Source of the DNA: Scyliorhinus canicula
Taxonomy: Eukaryota
Assembly (NCBI RefSeq): GCF_902713615.1
Contig: NC_052159.1
Location: forward strand, 20,410,018-20,474,017
Reading direction: 5' to 3'
Length of the DNA stretch: 64,000 nucleotides
Made by a program: the position numbers and the translations under genes. The notes under the pieces were generated by a model. The model was not told the origin of the DNA. It saw nothing but the letters and a program-made list of their open reading frames with translations, and did not search any database. Of this stretch, positions 47,846-61,024 are shown one piece after another (the first letter of the stretch is position 1; every line of letters starts with the position of its first letter).

Positions 47846-50800
47846 GCATGGATTAGAAGTTAGCTAAGAGATGGGAAACAGATGGTAGGTATAGATGGCA
47901 TTTCTCAGACTGGTGACGAGTTGAAAGTGTGTTCCCCAGGGATCAGTGTTGGAACCCTTGATTTTTCTGATTTGAATAAACGATTTAGAGGGCAGTACTG
48001 CAGCCTCACAGCGCCGAGGTCCCAGGTTCAATACCAGCCCTGGGTCGCTGTCTGTGTGTAGTTTGCACATTCTCCCTGTGTTTGCGTGGGTTTCACCCCC
48101 ACAACCCAAAGATGTGCAGGTAGGTGCATTGGCCATGATAATTGCCCCTTAATTGGAAAAAATGAATTGCGTGCACTAAATTTATTTTTAAATATATGTA
48201 TATAAATGATTTAGGGGTGGATGTTGAGGACTAAATCTCTAAGTTTGCAGATGATACTAAGCTAGGGAGAATAGTGAATTGTGAGGATTGCGCTGAGTGA
48301 CTTCAGAGGGACATTGACAAGTTGGCCAAATAGGCAGACACCAGGCAGGTTAGTTTCAATGCAGCAAATGTGAGGTCATGCATTTTGGTAGAAGAAACAT
48401 GGTAAAAGAGACAATATAGGCTCACTGGTACAATTTTGAGAGGAGTACAGGAGCAGAGGGACCTCGGGGTTCAAGTACATAATTCTCTGAAGGTGGCCAG
48501 GCAAGTTGAAACAGTTGTTAAGAAGGCTTATATGAGCCTAATACAGTTTAAGGTGGTGCACAGGGTGCATATGACTCGGGTGAGAATGAGTGGGTTCTTT
48601 CAGAGGTAGCAGATGAGTGTGAGGGCGGGAGCCAGCGAATCATGCGCACATGTTTGGGGTTGCGGAAAACTGGGAAGATTCTGGGTGGGAGTTTTAGCCA
48701 GGATAGTGGAGGAGGGAGTGGACCCGGACCCTTCAGTGGCGATATTTGGGGTTTCAGAGAAGCCGGAGCTCATGGAGAGGAGGAAGGCCGATGTCGTGGC
48801 CTTCGCCTCTCTGATTGCACGGCGATGAATTTTGCTGGAGTGGCGGTCGGCATTGCCACCGGGGTAGCAACATGGTTGGTTGACCTGTACGACTTCCTGT
48901 GATTAGAGAAGATAAAGTATGAGTTAAGGGGCTCAGCGGGGGACTTTGAGAAAAGGTGGGGGATGTTTGTGACCGTGTTTGAGGAACTGTTTGTCACAGG
49001 GATGTGGGAGAGGGGGGTGGGGAGGTGCTGGGGAGAGGGGGGGGGGGGGTGAAAAAGGGCAAAAATCTGTACAGACTGTATAGTTGATTGTTGGGAAGAA
49101 TGTTTCCCAGGGTGTTTTATATGATCCTTAGGTTTATAAATAGAGTCATAGAGTATAAAAGCAAGGAAGTGATACTACACCTTTACAAAACATTGGTCAA
49201 ATCACATCTGTTGATATAATGTTCATCTCTGGGCACCTTATTTAAGGACGGATGTTAAAGCCCTGGAGAGAGTGCAGAGGAGATCTACTAGAATGATACC
49301 GGGAATGAGGAATTTTAGATACAAGGGAAGATTGGAGAAATTGGGCTTGTTCTCCATAGAGCAGAGATTAAGAGGTGACCTTATTGAAGTGTTAACAATT
49401 ATGAACAATTTTAACAGGGTAACGAAGACTATTCTGGTTCTACTCGTTGGTATGTCAGTGACTAGGGGTCACAATTAAGATGATCAGGAAGAAAGCTAGG
49501 AGAAACTTTTTTACATAGAAAATAGGAACAGGAGGAGACCATTCGGCCCTTCGAGTCTGCTCCGCCATTCATTACAACCATGGCTAATCATCCAACTCAA
49601 TAGCCTAGATCCGCCTTCCCCCATATCTTTTGATCCCCTTCGCCCTAAATGCTATATCTAACTGCTTCTGGACAACATGCAATGTTTTGGCCTCAACAAC
49701 CTCCTGTGGTAACGACCACTCTCTGGGTGAAGAAATCTCTCCTCATCTCTGTCCTAGTCTACCCTGTATCCTCAGACTGTGCCCCCTGGTTTTGGACACA
49801 CCCACCATCGGGAACATCCTACCTGCATCTACCCTGTCTAGCCCTGTTAGGATTTTATAGGTTTCTATGAGATGCCCCGCCTCGACACGGTAGCATAGTG
49901 ATCAGCATAGTTGCTTCACAGCTCCGGGGTCCCAGATTCGATTCCCAGCTTGGGTCACTGTCTGTGCGGAGTCTGCACGTTCTCCCCGTGTTTGTGTGGG
50001 TTTCCTCCAGGTGCTCTGGTTTTCTCCCACAGTTCATAGATTTTTTAAAATAAATTTAGTGTACCCAATTCATTTTTTCCAATTAAGGGGCAATTTAGCG
50101 TGTTAAATCCACCTACCTTGCACATCTTTGGGTTGTGGGGGCAAAACCCACACAAACACGGGGAGAATGTGCAAACTCCACACGGACAGTGACCCAGAGC
50201 GGGGATCAAACATGGGACCTCGGTGCCGTGAGGCAGCAGGGCTAACCCACTGCGCCACCGTGCTGCCCCCACAGTCCAAAGATGTGCAGGTTAGGTGGAT
50301 TGGCCATGCTAAATTGCCCTTGGTGTCCAAAAAAGGTTAGGTGGGATTACGGGGATAGGGTGGAGGTATGGGCTTAGGTAGGGTGGTCTTTCCAAGGGCT
50401 GGTGAAGACCTGGTGGGCCGAATGGCCTCCTTCTGCACTGTAGATTCTATGATTCTTCTGAACTCCAGCAAATACAATCCTAACCGACCCAATGTCTGAG
50501 AGAGTTGTTGGGATTCGGAATGTGTTGCCTGGGAGAGTGGTGGAGGCGGATTCCATAGGAGGTTTCAAAAGAGAGCTGGATGCATATTTGAAAGTGATTA
50601 ATTTAGAGGGCTGGAGAATGGGACTAGCTGGGTAGCTCTTTCGGGAGTCGGTGCTAACACGATGGGCCAAATGGCCTCCATCTGTGCTGTAAAACTCTGT
50701 ACTATTCTGTTCTACAATGAGGGAACAGTTCATTTTAACGTCCTAAAGTTATATTGTACTGATGTCAGTGAGCTTTGAGAGATACCTGTCACATCAAGAG

Positions 50801-51729
50801 ATGCGGTTTCTCCAGGTGTAGAATGAGTCAGTCAGCAGTCGGCCCATCAATACATGCCGGGTTTACGTTGTTGATCTGGACAGATTTTCTCCAATTATTG
50901 AGGAAATTCCAGTGTCAGAAAGCAACATTTGCAATCATAAATGCTAAATAACTGTATGCAGACTTACATGCCAAGTTCTTCTTGAAATTCTCACCAGGGC
51001 TGTGGGTTCCACCCTCTATGGTAACTGCAGCAAAATGCAGAACATCATCAAGGAAGGAAAACAACATTTAAACCATGTTACTGGCTAAACTAGTCTTTCT
51101 AGTTTTACTTTCCTCTCTCCCTCATATAAAATCCAATGCAGCATGAATCTAAACAATTACCTTGAGAATTCAGACAGGGTTATTGCTGGTGTGAAAGGTA
51201 ATTCTGCACTCTCTAATTCATCCATGCAGAAAATTCTAAAGCTGCCCCACTACTGTAGCTAATTGTTTGCTAAACCTTTCCAGGATTTTTTGCTGCAGGA
51301 CTCTATCCAGAAATGTACACATGCATGAAGAAATGTTTTCTCTCGGAGTCTGAAAAGTTCCTTTATTCGCCCCCACTAAGGTAAACTTCCCCAAGATTCC
51401 CCAGCTTTACCCTGAACCCCTGTCTTTTCCTCGCCATTTCACTGCTAAGACTCATTCTGTTCTCTTAACCCCCATTCCCTGCTGAACTAGCTGACCATCC
51501 GTTTTGGCTGAGGTTGTAAAACCTTTCTCTCTGGCCTGGCTGCAGCATCTAGTGACTCACTATTTGCAGACCCTGCCTCTGGGCTACCCTGTCAAGTGGG
51601 TGCAGTCTGAGCTGGTGACCGGAAGGGTGAGATCCAAGTGGCGGTGTTTCTTTTGCATCAGTGTCCTGCTTCTCTCGCACTTCGCATAGGATTGCCAGCT
51701 CGGCTGGACATATTCTGCAAGACATTGGC

Positions 51730-52760
51730 GGGAATGACATGCACACCTGGGATAGATACTGTGAATAGTTTTGGTCCCCTTATCTAAGGAAAGATACACT
51801 GGCATTGGAGGCAATCCAGAGAAAGTTCACTGGGTTGATCCCGGGTATGGAGGAATTTTAGTATGAGGAGAGGTTGCGTAGGTTGGGTCTGTACTCATTA
51901 GAGTTTAGAAGATTGAAAGGCGACCCTATTGATACATATCAGATTCTCAAGGGGCTTGACAGGATAGGTGCTGAGATGATGTTTCCTCATGTTGGAGAGT
52001 CTAGAGCCAGAGGGCATAATCTCACAGTAGGGGGTTGCCCATTTAAGACAGAGATGAGGAGGAACCTCTTCTCACAGAGGGTCGTGAATCAGTGGAATTC
52101 TTTACAGCCGAGGGTTGCAGAGACTGGGCCATTCAGTATGTTCAAGGCTGAGATAGACAGATGTTTAATCAGTAAGGAAATCAAGGATTATAGGGATAAG
52201 GCAGGAAAGTGGAGTTGAGGATTATCACATCAGATCAGTAATCGGCTCATTGAATGATGGAGCAGACTGGATGGGCTCGATGCTCAGTCACCTTCAGGAA
52301 TCTGTGAACAAGCACGTCAAGATCCATCTGTTCCTCTGAACTTCCTAGTGTCCTGCCACTCATTACATACTCCCTTGTCCAGTTTCTTCTTCGAAAGCGC
52401 ATCACCTCGCACTTATCAGGGTAAATACCATCTGCCACTGCCCTGCTCATCTGACCAACCCATATATACCTTCCTGCAAACTACAACCCTCTTCTTCACG
52501 GTTAACACCCGACCAATCTTGGTGTCGTCTGCAAACTTACTTACCAGTTCATCCATGTTATCATCTACATCATTTATATAAATATATAACAAACAATAAG
52601 GGGCCCAGCACTGATCCCTGTGGTATACCACTGGACACCGGCTTGCAGTTACTCAGTCTTCTACCGCCACCCTTTGCGTCCTATTAGTCAGCCAGTTTTG
52701 AATCCATCTCAACAAGTTTCCTTGAACTCCATAGGCTTCAACCTTCTCAATCAATTGTCA
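51730..52760. mobile_element. Two CR1 fragments in opposite orientation
   Basis: + strand RLGLYSLEFRRLKGD...EMRRNLFSQRVVN; - strand IYINDVDD...SKFADDTKIG. Confidence 0.85.
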
Positions 52761-53139
52761 TGAGATTAAGAATAAGATCCAAAGACAATCCATAGAATCC
52801 CCCTATGGACCCTCCCAAAGAGCACCTACCTAGCCTCCCCCCCCCCCCCCCCCCAATGCCCCCAACCCCATGCATTGATCACTGCCAATCCACCTCAGCA
52901 TCCACCATCCTAAGGAGCAATCTAGTTTAGCCAATCCACCTGACCTGCACACCTTTGGACTGTAGCACAAAGAAACTGGAGCACCCGGAGCAAACCCACG
53001 CAGACACGAACGTGCAGACTCCACACAGTCACCCAAGGCTGGAATCGAACCCGGGTCTCTGGCGCTGTGAAGCAGATATCACCAAATCCTTCCTGCGCAC
53101 AGACAAATACAAGTGGATTCAGCAGACAGAAAACAAAGT

Positions 53140-53780
53140 GGCAGAGCCCGAGAAGGGGAGCGCTGTGTTTGCCGAACTAAAGGGTTATCAGAGCCGGAGT
53201 GGGGTTTGGCCGAGGCAGCGAGAAGAGAGAGAAACCCTTTGCTCACCACTGCTGGATGAGTGGGGGGGGGGGGGGGGGGGGGGAGGAGAGAGTCAGCGCT
53301 GGGGGGGGAAGCGGGGCGCTCACAGGGCCGCTGGGGGGGGGGGAGCGGGGCGCTCACAGGGCCGCTGCTGGGCGCTCCCGTTCTGGATCCCGGCTGTCTG
53401 GGCTCTGCCTCTCTGGCTGGGTGTCCCTGTGACTGCGGGCGGTCAGAAGGGGCGGACGTTTAGTCACGAATGTGGCTGGGGAGGATCCTGAAAAGGCTGT
53501 TCCCAGTCTCACATTCAGCAGGAGAGGGTTCATCGTTGTATCATTGTCACTTAAAAACAAAACAGTTCCATTTATTTAAATGATTCCGCGATCTTTGGAG
53601 ACCCCCCCCCCCCCGCCCCCCCCCCCCGCAACGCCGCTGTTTATTTCTCAAATTGCTCTGATTTTCTGAAACGATTTAGTTCAAATAGCATCTTACCTCA
53701 ACACGTTACAAACAGCGCAGGCTGCCAAATTCTCCAAAGATGTTGCAGCTTTATTTGATACAATGATATAACTTCCACAG
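53140..53780 (-). promoter_or_regulatory. CpG-rich putative PLCXD1 promoter and non-coding first exon(s)
   Basis: CpG-rich unique sequence; GC box ggggcgg at about 53448; minus-strand donors gtg/gtgagc (53247/53246) and gag/gtaaga (53697/53696). Confidence 0.5.
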
Positions 53781-54310
53781 TGGGTTGCATACTCTCTCTA
53801 AATTGCCTGTTGCTGATTCTAAAGGCACCAGTTTTCTGAGTCTGCCACCACCAGAGGAGCAGCAGTTCAGTTCCGAGGCCTGAGCTGCTGTGGGCACAAT
53901 GACATTCCTATTCTCATTCAATACACAGGAGCAGCTCACAGAGGAATTCAGTATAATCCGAATTGCATAACCAGCATTGGAGGCAGTCCAGGGAAGGTTC
54001 ACTTGGCTGACCCTGGGTGTGGAGGGATTTTCCTACAAAGGGAGGTTTGGTTAGGAGTTTCGAAGAATGAGAAGCAACCTTATTTTTTTTTAACAAACAA
54101 TTTTATTGAGGTATTTTTTGGCATTGTAAACAGTTACTGATAACAGAAATGTGCAAACATCAACGTAAAACCAATACTTCAATCAAACCATACTGCACAA
54201 GCCCGCTCCTCTCCCATAAACACTACCCGCCTATTTATCCCTCCTACTCTACTCTAATCTCCCCCCTCCCCCTCTTCCTCCCGCCACCCCCCACCCCGCC
54301 CTGCTGACAT

Positions 54311-57300
54311 TCAATCTCCTGCAATGAAGTCGATGAATGGTTGCCACCTTCGGGCGAACCCCAGTACAGATCCCCTCAAGGCGAACTTAATTTGCTCCAG
54401 ACCCAGAAAACTTGACATGTCCGAAAGCCATAGTTTGGTCTTCGGGGGTTATGATTCCCTCCATGCCAGCAGTATTCGCCGCCGGTCTATCAGGGAAGCA
54501 AAGGCCAGAACATCGGCCTCTTTCTCCCCCTGGACTCCCGGGTCTTCCGAAATCCCAAAAATTGTCACCCCTGGACTCATCACCACCCTTGTTTTCAGCA
54601 CCCGGGACATGACCCCCGCAAATCCCTCCCAGTACCCCCTAAGCTTAGGGCATGCCCAAAACGTGTGAACGTGGTTCGCTGGTCCTCCCGCGCATTTAGC
54701 ACATTTGTCCTCTACCCCAAAGTATTTGCTCACCCGAGCCACCGTCATGTGGGCCCGGTGAACGACCTTAAACTGAATCAGGCCAAGCCTGGCACATGTC
54801 GCGGTTGAGTTTACTCTACTCAGGACTTCTGCCCACAGCCCGTCCTCCATCTCCCCACCAAGTTCCTCCTCCCATTTGCGTTTCAGTTCCTCTGTCTGGG
54901 ACTCTGCCCCCTTCATGAGCACATTGTAAATATCCGAGACTCTACTCTCTCCTCCTTCTCCTCCAGAGACTATTCTGTCCTGGATACCTATCGGCGGGAG
55001 GCGTGGGAAGGAGAGGACCTGTCTGCGTACAAAGTCCCGCATCTGTAAGTACCTAAAGTCATTTCCCCGTACCAGCCCAAATTTCTCCTCCAAGCCCCTC
55101 AAACTCACAAACCTCCCCTCCAGGAACATATCACCCACACTCCTCACCCCCGCCCGCTGCCATGTTCGAAACCCACCATCCATGTTCCCGGGGGCATATC
55201 GATGGTTATCACATACTGGAGCTCAGACATACGCACCCACCTCCCCTACATGCCTCCTCCACTGGCCACATATCCGCAGGGCTGCCCCCGCTACCGGGCT
55301 GGTGGAATACCTGGCCGGCGACAGCAGTAGGGGAGCCATGACCAGGGCTGCCAGGCTGGAGCCCTTGCACGAAGCAGCCTCCACTCGCTCCCAGATAGAC
55401 CATCCACTTCCTTATCATGGCTATGTTAGCCGCCCAGTAGTAGTTGATCAGACCCGGCAATGCCAGTCCTCCCTCGCTGCGGCTCCTTTCAAGCATCGCC
55501 TTCTTCACCCGCGGGCATTTTCCCGCCCATACAAAGCTCATGATGATTTTGCCAATCCTTTTGTAGAAGGACCATGGGATAAAGATCGGGAGGCACCGGA
55601 AGATGAACAGGAATCTAGGGAGGATTGTCATCTTTACAGTCTGCATCCTCCCCGCCAGTGACAGCAGGAGTGCATCCCATCTCCGAAACTCCCTCTTCAT
55701 TTGTTCCACCACTCTAGTCAAATTTAACTTGTGCATCCTGCCCCAGTCTCGTGCCACCTTATCCCCAAGTACCGGAAACTTTCCTCAACCAGCCTAAATG
55801 GCAGTCTATTCTCCTGGCCCCTTGCCTGCACCACAGACATCTCACTTTTGGCCATATTTAATTTGTACCCTGAAAACCGGCCGAACTTCCTCAATGTTTC
55901 CAGTATATTTTCCATCCCGGCCAGTGGGTCCGACACGTACAGGAGCAGGTTGTCTGCATAGAAAGAGACCCTATGTTCACCCCCCCCCCCCCCCCCCCCA
56001 CAGTCGTTCCCTTCCACCCCTTCGCAGCTCTCAACGCAATCGCCAACGGCGCTATGGCCAGCGCGAACAGCAACGGGGAGAGAGTGGGCATCCCTGTCTG
56101 GTCCCGCGATGTAGTCTGAAATAATCTGACATTATCCTGTTCGTCCTAACGCTAGCTTTTGGGGCCTGGTACAATAGTCTGACCCAATTAACCAGTCCCT
56201 CCCCGAACCCAAACCGTCCAAGCACCTCCCACAAATAGCCCCACTCCACCCGGTCGAAGGCCTTCTCAGCGTCCATTGCCACCACTACCTCCACCTCCTT
56301 GCCCGTCAGGGGCACCGTGATCACATTAAGCAATCTTCTCAAGTTAGCTGTCAGCAGCCTGCCTTTCACAAACCCTGTCTGATCGTCCCCAATCACCTCC
56401 AGTACGCAGTCCTCAATTCTAATCGCCAGGAGCTTGGCATCCACATTGATCAGGGAGATTGGCCTGTATGACCCGCAGGATTCCGGGTCCTTGTCCCGCT
56501 TCAATATCAGCGAGATGGTGGCTTGCGACATCGGCGGCGGCAGGGTCCCTCTGTCCCTTGCCTCATTAAAAACCCTAGTCAGGACCGGTCCCACTATCTC
56601 CAAGAACTTCTTGTAAAACTCTACTGGGTATCCATCCGGCCCCGGGGCTTTCCCCGACTGCATGGCCTTCAGGCCCCCCAATACCTCCTCCGCACTAATC
56701 AGGGCCCCCAGCCCGTCCACTAGTCCCCCGCCTACTTTTGGGACGGTTAGTCCGTCCAGGAACCTTTTCATCTCCTCCGGCTCTTCCGGGGGTTCTGAAG
56801 TGTACAGCTTACTATAGAAGTCCCGAAATACCTTATTCAGTCCTGCCGGGTCCTCCACTCTGCTCTCCTCCCGATCAACCACTCTACTTATTTCCCTGGC
56901 CGCCTCCCTCCTCCTGAGTTGCTGCGCTAGCAATCTGCTTGCCTTCTCCCCATGCATATACACCATTCCCCTCGCCTTCCTAAGTTGTTCCACGGCCCTA
57001 CTCGTGGATAACGCCCCCAGTTCCGCCTGTAATCTCCACCTCTCCCTGAGTAGGTCCTCCCCCGGGGACCCCGCATGCTCCTCGTCTATCCGGTAAATCT
57101 CCCTAACCAATCTGTCCATCTCTGCCCTGTCCGCCCTGACCCTGTGAGCACGAATTGAGATCAGCTCCCCCCTCACTACTGCCTTCAGCGCCTCCCACAG
57201 GGCCGCTGCTGAAACCTCCCCCGTATTGTTCACCTGCAAGTAATTTTGCATACACTTCCGAAGTCTCTCACATATCCCCCTCCTCCGACAACAATCCTAC

Positions 57301-58117
57301 GTCTAACCTCCATTGCGGGCGTTGGTAATTCGCCCCCCCCCCCCCCCCCCCCCCGGGACCTGCAGGTCCACCCAGTGCGGGGCATGGTCCGAGATAGTGA
57401 TTACCGAATATTCCGTATTCTTTACCTCCCCTACACAGTCCCTGCTCAAGATAAAAAAATCTATCCTAGAATATACTTTATTAACATGCGAGTAAAACGA
57501 GTAGCCCCTTCCTGTTGGCTGTCTGGCTCTCCATGGGTCCACTGCCCCCATTTGCTCCATGAACCCTTTCAGCTCCCTTGCCATTGCTGGGAGTCTACCC
57601 GTTCTGGGACATGACCGGTCCGGCCCCGAGTCAAGGACTGTATTAAAGTCCGCCCCCCCCCCCCATTATCAACTTGCATGAGTCTAGGTCCGGGATCTTC
57701 CCCAGCACTCTTTTGATAAAGTCAACGTCGTCCCAGTTCGGGGCATATATGTTCACCAGCACCACTCTTCTCCCCTCCAGTTTGCCCCTTACCATAAGGA
57801 ATCTGCCCCCGCCATCTGCGACTACGCCCTCCGCCTCAAATTGAACCCGCTTATTGATCATAATTGCTACCCCCCTGGACTTAGAATCCAAGTCCGAGTG
57901 GAAGACCTGGCTGAACCAACCCTTCCTTAGCCTAGTCTGGTCAGACACTTTCAGATGTGTCTCCTGCAACATAATTACGTCCACTTTCAGAGCCCGCAAA
58001 TGCGCAAACACACGCGCCCTTTTAACTGGCCCACTTAGTCCCCTGACATTCGAGGTGATCAGCCTGGTTGGGGGGCACAACCCCCCCTCCCCCCCCACCA
58101 CCATGCCGGGCAGCCAT
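54311..58117 (-). pseudogene. L1 ORF2 (APE endonuclease, RT, Cys-rich C-terminus), disrupted
   Basis: TSNVRGL, LQETH, NIYAPN, SDHAP; YRPISLINVDAK, DAEKAFDRV, GTRQGCPLSP, YADN (canonical YADD); CAKC...H...C; frameshifts and a stop at 54449. Confidence 0.92.
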
Positions 58118-58721
58118 AACCTGTGTCGTGCCATTCTTGGATCGCCTCTTGGCCGCCTCCACCCCGACCTCCTTTCCATTACCTACTTCAGATCTCCCCC
58201 CCCCCCCCAACGTCAGCAGAATAACTCCCCCCCCCACTCCCCCAGCAACATCCCCCGATAACCCCAGCCCTGCCATCTACTGGCTGTATTCCCCCCCCCC
58301 CCCCCCACTGACTCCCTTGACTAGCCAATCTGCTAGCCCAGTGAATCATCGCTCCGGCGCCCACTTGTCTCACTCCCATTGTTTCCCCGACCTCATCTCC
58401 CCACTCCCCAGCACACCATCCCCCACTCCAACCCACTGGAGCAATCTCACTAAGATGGGAAAGATCAAACAAGATGTAAACATTAAACATCCCCGTGAGG
58501 CTGCTCCAGGTACAATACAGTTCCAGCCGTGTACACAGAAAAGTGTTAACCCACGTCCCTTTCTGAGCATTAATAAAATAACCCCTCCCCCCCCCCCCCC
58601 ACACTCCCCACAGGCAAAAACTGCTCACAAAAAATACTCCACGTGACACCTTCAAAGCAGTAAACAGTCAACCAGCAGTCCAGGCACAGTCAGCATCCCT
58701 TCAAACGGCAGTTCTCGGACC

Positions 58722-59602
58722 CTAGCTTGCGTCCGTGGGACCTCTTTTCGGGACCAGCCCCTGATCCCTCGCAAAGTCCATCGCTTCTTCGGGCTCGGAG
58801 AAGTAGTGGTGTTGGCCCTGATGCCTAACCCAAAGACAGGCCAGGAACAGCAGACCAAACTTCACGGTGCTTTTTGAATAACAGCTCCTTAACTTGTTTA
58901 AAGGCTGCTCGCCGCCTGGCAACCTCCTGGCTTAGGTCCTGGTAAATGCGAAGAACACTGTTGTGCCACGTGCTGCTCTTAGCGCTCTTTGCCCACTGCA
59001 ACACCCGCTCCTCCTCCACAACCTGTGAAACCTAATCACCATCGGCCGGGGGGACTCCTCGGACGCACCTGTCTCACCTGTACTCTGTGTGCCCCCTCCA
59101 GCTCCGACAGTCGCAGAAAGGCTTCAGCCTCCATCAGCTGCATCAACAGGTCCGCCACAAACGCTGTGGCATCAGCTCCCTCCGCCCCCTCCGGGAGGCC
59201 GATGATCCTCAGATTTTGTCTACGGGCTCTATTTTCCAGCTCCTCTACTCTGTCCAGCAGTCTTCTCTGTCTCTCCTTCAACCCGTCGACTTCTAGCGCA
59301 GCAATCGTCTGCGCGTCCACCTGATCCTCCACCGCCTCTCCCAGCTCCTTCGCTTTTTCGTCCTGGGCATCCAGCCTCTGGTTCAGCTGATCCACTGCCT
59401 TCTGAAGTGGGTCCAAGTTATCCCGCTTCAACAACTCAAAACTGTTTTTAATCACCTGCAGCATGTTTTCCAGCGCTTGCTGGATCGCTGGGTCCGAGAT
59501 CCGTAGGTCCGCCACCTTGGCTCCCGGGTCAGCTTCCCCTGCACCTTGCCTTTGTCCCTTCCTCTCCCATTTTCGCTGCCTTCTGCTCTCCCGCGGTTCC
59601 AT
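58722..59602 (-). pseudogene. L1 ORF1 (coiled coil plus RRM/CTD), frameshifted
   Basis: LENRARRQNLRIIGLPEGAEG, LRIYQDLSQEVARRRAAF; spread over several frames. Confidence 0.85.
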
Positions 59603-59910
59603 GCAGCTCTGCCCGCTCCTCCACACCTCCGTGGACGTCCTTTCAGTGCTCCACAGTCCCTAAAAACCGGGGAACCAGGTCCTCAAATCCCACCGGAGTG
59701 AGAGCCCCCAAATGTGCGGCTCACTCACTCATTGCCGCCACCGGAAGTCCGAGAAGCAACCTTATTGAGACGTAGGATTTTCCGGAGCCTTGACAGGGTA
59801 AATGCTAAGAGATTGTTTCCCCTTGTGGGTGAGTCTGGAGCCAAAGGACATAATCGCAGAATAAGGGGTCGCCAATTTAAAACAGAGATGAGGAGGAATT
59901 TCTTCTCTCA

Positions 59911-60735
59911 GATTTAGATTTGGATTCATTGTCACGTGTACAGAGGTACAGTGAAAAGTATTGTTCTGCGTCCAGTCCAGGCAGATCATTCCATACATTA
60001 AAAACATAGGACGTAGGATAAATACACAATGTAAATACGATAAATACACAACGTAAATACGATAAATACACAATGCAAATACGATAAATACACAATGTAA
60101 ATACGATAAATACACAATGCGAATACGATAAATACACAATGTAAATACGATAAATACACAATGCGAATACGATAAATACACAATGTAAATACGATAAATA
60201 CACAACGTAAATACGATAAATACACAATGTGAATATGATAAATACACAATGAAAATACAATAAATACACAACGTAAATACGATAAATACACAATGTAAAT
60301 ACGACAAATACACAATGTGAATACGATAAATACACAATGTAAATACGATAAATACACAATGTAAATACGATAAATACACAACGTAAATATGATAAATACA
60401 CAATGTGAATACGATAAATACACAATGTAAATACGATAAATACACAATGCAAATACGATAAATACACAATGTAAATACGATAAATACACAATGTAAATAC
60501 ACAACGTAAATACGATAAATACACAACGTAAATACGATAAATACATAACATAAATACGATAAATACACAACGTAAATACGATAAATACACAACGTAAATA
60601 CACAAATATAGACATCGGGTGAAGCATACGGAGTGCAGTGCTACTCAGTAGAGAAGATGCGTGGAGAGTCAGTTCAGATGAGGGTCATTCAGGAGTCTGG
60701 TAACAGCAGTGTAGAAGCTGTTTTTGAATGTGTTG
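59911..60735 (-). mobile_element. Rex1/Babar LINE 3' end containing a minisatellite
   Basis: Tail cttttcactgtacctctgtacacgtgacaatg as in 11551-12057; shared gacatcgggtgaagcatac anchor. Confidence 0.75.
60017..60604. repeat. 22-bp minisatellite (gataaatacacaatgtaaatac)n, about 26 units
   Basis: Direct tandem periodicity. Confidence 0.95.
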
Positions 60736-60794
60736 GGTAGTGAATCTGTGGAATTCTTTACTGCAGAGCGCTATAGAGGCTGAGTCGTAAGTAT

Positions 60795-61024
60795 TTTCTT
60801 TTATAAATTTAGAGTACCCAATTCATTTTTTCCCAATTAAGAGGCAATTTATCGAGGCAAATCCACCTACCCTGCACATCTTTGGGTTGTGGGGGTGAAA
60901 CCCACGCAAACACTGGGAGAATGTGCAAACTCCACACGCACAGTGACCCAGAGCCAGGATCGAACCTGGAACCCCGGCGCCGTGAGGCAGCAGGGCTAAC
61001 CCACTGCGCCACCGTGCTGCTCTT
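60795..61024 (-). mobile_element. Short-tailed V-SINE with 14-bp TSD
   Basis: tgagt(c/t)gtaagtat at 60781-60794 and 61025-61038. Confidence 0.85.

Larger units (their letters stand above)
45740..50710 (+). mobile_element. Decayed CR1 LINE hosting multiple nested insertions
   Basis: KMFFKHING...AEVLNEYFA, VDVVNLDFQKAF, QRRSTRMIPG; interrupted by SINEs, a Penelope-derived element and an L1 fragment (48536-49116). Confidence 0.8.
54085..59750 (-). mobile_element. Full-length L1-clade LINE (5666 bp), inactivated
   Basis: Perfect 16-bp TSD gagaagcaaccttatt at 54069-54084 and 59751-59766; 5' end ggacttccggtggcggc; ORF1, spacer, ORF2, AATAAA and poly(A). Confidence 0.95.

Noticed and set aside
54311-58117. 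Idea that the full-length L1 is active and broken only by homopolymer assembly errors
   Set aside because: It also has a YADD-to-YADN change, an in-frame stop at 54449 and frameshifts outside G-runs.
60017-60604. CRISPR-like regular repeat array
   Set aside because: Units are contiguous with no unique spacers, there are no cas genes, and the context is vertebrate.
59762-60627. Three overlapping 209-276 aa hydrophobic ORFs on the minus strand
   Set aside because: They arise from the stop-free 22-bp minisatellite read in rotating frames; not a membrane protein.
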